DNA of 64,000 nucleotides from an uncultured Rhodobacterales bacterium (GTDB lineage Bacteria; Pseudomonadota; Alphaproteobacteria; Rhodobacterales; Rhodobacteraceae): NCBI GenBank assembly GCA_964579325.1, contig CAZOHN010000001.1, positions 66,726 to 130,725 of the forward strand, read 5' to 3'. Shown piece by piece: positions 59,644 to 64,000 of this stretch (position 1 is its first letter; each line of letters starts with the position of its first letter). The notes under the pieces were generated by a model. It saw only the letters and a program-made list of their open reading frames with translations, ran no database searches and was not told where the DNA came from. The position numbers and the translations under genes were made by a program.

Positions 59644-60428
59644 GCGGCCCGCCCGTAGAACCCAAGGCGCTCTTCCTCGGTAAAGGTCACGCCCTCGCGC
59701 TCATAGAAGGAAAAGACCGCAATTATGCGCGCCCGGTCACCTTCGACGGGCGTGACGCGATGCGCGGTGTTCTTGCCGCGGAACACATTCAGCGTTCCGG
59801 GAGTGAGCGAGAGGCGGCGCAGTTCCGGGTCTTCGCCACGCAGCAGGCCGGCGACTCCGTCGTAGTTCGGGTCGTCGTCACTCCGCAGGTCGGTCCGGTA
59901 CTCGAAGACGCCGCCCGCCTCGGGGGCTTGCAGCAGGAGCGTCGTGGTGAACTCCGAGCGGTCGAAGTGCCAGTTGAGGCCTTCTCCCGGCCCATAGGAC
60001 ATCGCGTTCACACGCGCGAGGGGGTCGGCCATGGTGTGCAGGCGTGGCTTGTCCATCGTGGCGGCGAGGAAGGTCGCGAACCCGGCCCAATCGTAGAGTC
60101 GGAGGATGGCCGCCTGCCCCATGCGGTCGGCGCAGATCGTGCGGTTGACCGTTTCCACCTCCCGGAGAGCGGGATGGTCGGACGGGAGACCGGGGATTTC
60201 CTTGCGGAAGTAGATGTTGTGGCGGCGGCGATGGGTGAAGGCGTCGGTCTCGAAGGCCGGGCCAAGGTCGCCCACGGCACCGGCCAGCGCCTCGGCACGC
60301 ACGAAGCCTGGCAGGTTGAACATGCCGTCGCGGGCAAGATCGTCCCGGCAGCGGGCGACGAGCGTGTGCCAGCCGGCTGAATCAGGTTGGTCCAGGGGGT
60401 AGGCTTCGAGATCAACGAGGTCGCGCAT
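59640..60428 (-). CDS. Fe(II)/2-oxoglutarate-dependent oxygenase-like protein
   Basis: About 262 aa with an HxD (WHFDRS) ... distal H (TAHRVTPV) pattern. ATG lies 8 nt after AGGA. Confidence 0.6.
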   Translation of the reverse strand: MRDLVDLEAYPLDQPDSAGWHTLVARCRDDLARDGMFNLPGFVRAEALAGAVGDLGPAFETDAFTHRRRHNIYFRKEIPGLPSDHPALREVETVNRTICADRMGQAAILRLYDWAGFATFLAATMDKPRLHTMADPLARVNAMSYGPGEGLNWHFDRSEFTTTLLLQAPEAGGVFEYRTDLRSDDDPNYDGVAGLLRGEDPELRRLSLTPGTLNVFRGKNTAHRVTPVEGDRARIIAVFSFYEREGVTFTEEERLGFYGRAA

Positions 60429-60522
60429 CACGGGGGTCCTTTTCTGCGATCATCGGGGCGCACGCGGGACCTTGCAACAAGGGAAAATTTTGCGGAGCAT
60501 AAGCCATGCTTTCGGAACGCCT

Positions 60523-61407
60523 ATGCTGAAGCTCCCCCCTCTCCACGCGCTGCGCGCCTTTGAAGCGGCAGCCCGGACTGGAAGCTTCGTGCTTGCCGGG
60601 CGGGAACTGGGCGTGACCTCCGCCGCAGTGAGCCAGCAGGTGCGGGTGCTTGAGGACGATCTCGGAAAGAAACTGTTTCTCAGACGCGGCAACCGCCTGC
60701 TCCTGACCGACGCAGGGCAGGCGGTCTATCCGCGGCTGGAAGAGGCAATGTCGAACATTGCCGATCTCGCTGCGCAGGTGCGCGAAAGCCGGGTCAGACA
60801 GTGCCTTGTCGTCTCGGTTCTGCCTTCCTTGATGGGCTGGCTCATGCCACGGCTGGCCGCGTTCCGGGCAAGGGATGGGGCCGGATCGGTCCTGCTCAGG
60901 GTCGAGGATGACCCGGTGTCCTTCGCGGCCGAAGGGATTGACCTGCGCGTGACTTACGGCAACCTCGCCTACTCGGACTTCGGCGCCACGGAGCTCTACC
61001 GGGACGAGATCGTGCCGTTGATCGCTCCCACCCTCTGGACGCCGGGTGACGACACGCTGACGCAACTGCCGGACCGGGCCTTCGTCCACACCAACTGGGG
61101 TCGCGACTATGCCAGCCACCCTACCTGGGCCGCGTGGTTCGCCAAGGCCGGGGTGATGCGCTGGCTCGATCCCGACCGCGGTGTCCACTTGTCGTGGTCG
61201 GTTCATGCCGTGGCGGCGGCCGCAGAAGGCGTAGGTGCCGCCCTTGGCCCGCGCGCGATCGCAGCGCGCGAACTCGCCGAGGGGAGGCTGGTCATTCCAT
61301 CGGCCATCAGTCTCCCGATGGAGCGCGCCTATGTTGCGGTCTATCCCAACGCGCTCGCCCGCCGCACTGACCTGCGATCGCTCGTGGCTCAACTGGGGGA
61401 AGGCTGA
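60523..61407 (+). CDS. LysR-family transcriptional regulator (GcvA-like)
   Basis: The ATG at 60523 gives [44 protein letters not shown]. Divergent from the oxygenase operon. Confidence 0.88.
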   Translation: MLKLPPLHALRAFEAAARTGSFVLAGRELGVTSAAVSQQVRVLEDDLGKKLFLRRGNRLLLTDAGQAVYPRLEEAMSNIADLAAQVRESRVRQCLVVSVLPSLMGWLMPRLAAFRARDGAGSVLLRVEDDPVSFAAEGIDLRVTYGNLAYSDFGATELYRDEIVPLIAPTLWTPGDDTLTQLPDRAFVHTNWGRDYASHPTWAAWFAKAGVMRWLDPDRGVHLSWSVHAVAAAAEGVGAALGPRAIAARELAEGRLVIPSAISLPMERAYVAVYPNALARRTDLRSLVAQLGEG

Positions 61408-61417
61408 AGCGGGAAAC

Positions 61418-61494
61418 TGGTCGGAGTGAGAGGATTCGAACCTCCGACCCCCTGCTCCCGAAGCAGGTGCGCTACCAGGCTGCGCTACACTCCG
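61418..61494 (-). tRNA. tRNA-Pro (anticodon CGG), CCA encoded
   Basis: Minus strand: CGGAGTGTAGCGCAGCCTGGTAGCGCACCTGCTTCGGGAGCAGGGGGTCGGAGGTTCGAATCCTCTCACTCCGACCA. It folds as a cloverleaf with anticodon loop TTCGGGA and T-loop TTCGAAT. Confidence 0.93.
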
Positions 61495-61545
61495 ACCGTG
61501 CCGCGCGGGTTACCCCCTCTCCCGCGGTTTGGCAAGGGGTGACCC

Positions 61546-62511
61546 CTACTCCCCGGGGCTGCGCTCGGCGATGAGCCCGGCGGGCTTGGGGGAGGTCCCG
61601 GTCTCGGGCCGGGTGCGGGTGCGCAGCACGGGCGTCGTCCGCGAGGTTCCGACCCGGGATTCGCGCATCACGATATAGAGGCCTGAAGCGATGATGATCG
61701 ACGCGCCGATTGCCGTGGGCCAGTCGGGCAGTTCGTCGAAGAACAGAAAGCCGTAGGCGGTGGCCCAGAGGATCTGCGAATACTGCATCGGTGCCACGAT
61801 CACGGCCTCCGCCCTGCGATAGGCCGCGATCAGGCAGAGCATGGCGACGAAACCGAGCGTAGCCATGACCGCAAGGGCGGCAAAATGCAGGAACGGCATC
61901 GGCTGGTAGACGAAGGGAAGTGCGGCTCCCATGATCAGGAAGTTCGCGAGCATCGGGTAGAGCAGCAGGACGGCCGAGCGCTCGCGCGCGCCGATCTTGC
62001 GGACCACGATCGAGGCGAAGGCGCCGGTGAAGGCCGCCGTGAGCGCCGCAAGGTGGCCGAGAGAGAACTCCATTTCGCCCGGACGCAGAACGATGACCAC
62101 GCCGATCAGTCCGACGATGACCGCGGCCCAGCGCCGGACCCGGACCTGCTCTCCCAGAATCGGGATCGCGAGAATCGTGATCAGGAGCGGCGAGGCAAAC
62201 ACGATGGCGTAGACCTGAGCCAGCGGCAGGGTCGCAAAGGCGTAGAACGCCGTGATTCCGGTGATGACTGCCGCGACGGTCCGCGACGCCGTCCACCAGG
62301 GGTGACGGGGGCGGAGGTTGCCATCGCTGCGGTCGCCGATCAGCATGAGCGTGACGAGCGGAAAGCCCATCAGGACCGAGAAGAACAGGATCTGGAACGG
62401 TGAGTAGAGGCCACCGAGGAACTTCACCACCACATCGTGCGTGGCAAAGATCCCGAAGGCTGCAAGCGAGAGGAGGGCCCCCGCGACGGCGCTGTTGGGT
62501 CGATCGGTCAT
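61546..62511 (-). CDS. DMT-superfamily (EamA) transporter
   Basis: 321 aa from the ATG at 62511, with ten hydrophobic segments. The upstream part of track ORF 61546..63375 is antisense to the Na/Pi gene. Confidence 0.8.
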   Translation of the reverse strand: MTDRPNSAVAGALLSLAAFGIFATHDVVVKFLGGLYSPFQILFFSVLMGFPLVTLMLIGDRSDGNLRPRHPWWTASRTVAAVITGITAFYAFATLPLAQVYAIVFASPLLITILAIPILGEQVRVRRWAAVIVGLIGVVIVLRPGEMEFSLGHLAALTAAFTGAFASIVVRKIGARERSAVLLLYPMLANFLIMGAALPFVYQPMPFLHFAALAVMATLGFVAMLCLIAAYRRAEAVIVAPMQYSQILWATAYGFLFFDELPDWPTAIGASIIIASGLYIVMRESRVGTSRTTPVLRTRTRPETGTSPKPAGLIAERSPGE

Positions 62512-62656
62512 GGCTCGTGTCGTGGAGGGGCTGCGGCGCGTTGCGGATGACGATAGGCGCAGCCCTTCCCTGCCACAACCGCAAGTCGTGCTGTCCGCGC
62601 CGAAACTTGCTGCGGGAGCCGCGCTTTGCGAAGCTGTCGGCGAAGGGATCCAGGGT

Positions 62657-64000
62657 ATGACACAGGACATTCTGGCACTGCTTGGCGGGATCGGGTTGTT
62701 CCTGTTCGGAATGCAGACGATGACGGGAGCCCTGCGCCGGCTCGCGAGCCGCAACATGCGCGCCGTCCTCGCGCGGTTCACCCGCACGCCGCTCTCCGGC
62801 GCCATGACCGGGGCTGCCGTCACAGCGACGATCCAATCGTCCAGCGCGACCGTGATGACGACGATCGGCTTCGTCGGTGCAGGGCTGCTGACATTCCCGC
62901 AGGCTGTCGGCGTCGTGATGGGAGCGAACGTGGGAACCACCGCGACGGGCTGGATGGTTGCCATCCTCGGGATCAAGCTGGCACTCGGCAAGCTCGCGTT
63001 GCCACTCCTGTTCCTCGGCAGTCTCGCGATGCTCCTCGGTCGCAGGTCGGTCGTGCGGGTCGGCGAGGCACTGGCCGGTTTCGCGCTGGTTTTCCTGGGA
63101 CTTGACATGATGGCGACGGCCACGGCGACGGTCGAGCCCTTGCTCTCTCGGTCACTCGCGTCGAGCGACACGCTTTCTGGATTGTTCGTGCTCATAGCCA
63201 CCGGCTTTGCCTTCACTGCCGTCGTGCAGTCGTCGAGTGCGGGCGTGGCCACCGTGCTGGTGCTTCTCGGCGGCGGGGCTCTGTCCCTTATGCAGGCGGC
63301 GGCGCTGGTGATCGGGATGGACATCGGCACGACGCTCAAATCGCTGCTCGCCACGCTCGGAGGTGGGCGCGACATGCGGCGGACGGCAGCCGCGCACGTC
63401 GGCTACAACATCGTTACCGCTGTTGTCGCCTTTCTGCTTCTCGGGTTCGTGCCACATCTCCTGCGGTTCACGGGCGGCGACGAGACCACGGCGCTGGTGA
63501 TTTTTCACACGCTCTTCAACGTGTCGGGCGCGGTGCTCCTCCTCCCGGTTGCGGGGGACTTCGCAAGACTGATCGAGCGGATCGTGCCGGGAGGGCGCGG
63601 AACGCTCCCCGAACCGCTCGACCGGGCGCTCTTGGCCGAACCCGAAGCCGCGCTCGATGCGGCACGGTCGGCTGGCGGGAAGATAGCGGCCACGCGCTTT
63701 CGCCAGACCGCTTCGGCGCTGCGCGGGTTGCGTGTGGACGGCGAGGACTCGCTTCAGGCAATCGAGGACATCGAGGAGTTCCTGACGGAACTGGCGGTGC
63801 CCGATGGGCGCGAGGGTCCGCGAAACCGGCTTTCTGCCCTTCTCCACCTGACCGATCACCTGAACCGCTTTCAGCATCGGGCCAGCCAGTCCGAGCGGAT
63901 CGCGGCGCTGGCGCGTGATCCGGCGCTGCGGCGTCCCGCGCGGGCGCTGGCAGCTGCGCTGGACCTCGCGGCGGCGGCGCCGGCGGACTCGGATCTGGCG
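62657..64000 (+). CDS. Na/Pi-cotransporter family protein (NptA/YjbB-like), 3' end outside window
   Basis: Not in the ORF track because there is no stop before the window end. My translation from the ATG at 62657 is open for 448 codons: MTQDILALLGGIGLFLFGMQTMTGALRR...TIQSSSATVMTTIGFV...VVQSSSAGVATVL, followed by a PhoU-like tail. Confidence 0.8.
   Translation, partial: MTQDILALLGGIGLFLFGMQTMTGALRRLASRNMRAVLARFTRTPLSGAMTGAAVTATIQSSSATVMTTIGFVGAGLLTFPQAVGVVMGANVGTTATGWMVAILGIKLALGKLALPLLFLGSLAMLLGRRSVVRVGEALAGFALVFLGLDMMATATATVEPLLSRSLASSDTLSGLFVLIATGFAFTAVVQSSSAGVATVLVLLGGGALSLMQAAALVIGMDIGTTLKSLLATLGGGRDMRRTAAAHVGYNIVTAVVAFLLLGFVPHLLRFTGGDETTALVIFHTLFNVSGAVLLLPVAGDFARLIERIVPGGRGTLPEPLDRALLAEPEAALDAARSAGGKIAATRFRQTASALRGLRVDGEDSLQAIEDIEEFLTELAVPDGREGPRNRLSALLHLTDHLNRFQHRASQSERIAALARDPALRRPARALAAALDLAAAAPADSDLA

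Noticed and set aside
58733-59665. N-terminal 311 codons of track ORF 57479..59665
   Set aside because: This part overlaps the desaturase gene in another frame and is Arg/Pro-rich. The M24 homology starts at MKDMPSPF (ATG 58732), which forms an ATGA overlap with the desaturase stop.
61418-61494. tRNA-Pro as a genomic-island integration site for the adjacent oxygenase/MttB operon
   Set aside because: I found no integrase or recombinase gene, no direct repeat of the tRNA 3' end, and no obvious compositional break in the neighbouring genes.
62512-63375. N-terminal 288 codons of track ORF 61546..63375, and ORF 61472..62836
   Set aside because: The upstream part is antisense to the Na/Pi cotransporter gene and is Ser/Pro/Ala low complexity. 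A clean DMT/EamA protein begins at the ATG at 62511. ORF 61472..62836 is a different-frame shadow that also overlaps the tRNA.

Overview
GC-rich alphaproteobacterial chromosome segment that looks Rhodobacterales-like and origin-proximal. Order of content: (1) 3-4030, the 3' end of an AAA+ ATPase, ATGA-coupled to a 1087-aa exported protein of unknown function. (2) 4093-30752, a roughly 27-kb alpha-type ('fla2-like') flagellar cluster. It holds fliP-fliN-fliH-fliF; fliL-X-motE-like-motA-839aa-SLT-flhA-fliR-flhB-X; fliL2-flgH-flgA-flgG-flgF-fliQ-fliE-flgC-flgB; fliI; DUF1217-flbT-flaF-flagellin; flgN-like/flgJ-like; fliK-flgD. (3) 30754-43164, housekeeping genes: ubiB-ubiE, mutM, enoyl-CoA hydratase, rpsT, dnaA-dnaN-recF, VOC, LysE, gyrB. 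(4) 43161-47710, the most unusual locus. An ECF sigma/anti-sigma pair lies next to a secreted S8 subtilase with a poly-Asp insert, a conserved hypothetical, and two tandem paralogous mini-genes for secreted poly-Asp / (SSN)n proteins. Three near-identical ECF-type promoter motifs (CGGGAATA-N15-CGT[T/A]) sit upstream of exactly these genes. (5) 47727-55885: fmt, a GAF (fRMsr-like) protein, NlpC/P60, M17 aminopeptidase, a beta-carbonic anhydrase + SbtA-like + PII-like (SbtB) module, and asd. (6) 55980-61407, a tightly overlapping four-gene operon (2OG-Fe oxygenase, membrane desaturase-like, DddP-like M24 enzyme, MttB-family methyltransferase) with a divergent LysR regulator. (7) tRNA-Pro(CGG), a DMT/EamA transporter, and a Na/Pi-cotransporter gene that runs off the 3' edge and is therefore absent from the ORF track. 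I saw no CRISPR array, rRNA, transposase or integrase. Many long ORFs in the track are antisense 'shadow' ORFs typical of high-GC DNA. All functional calls rest on motif recognition by eye; no database search was run.
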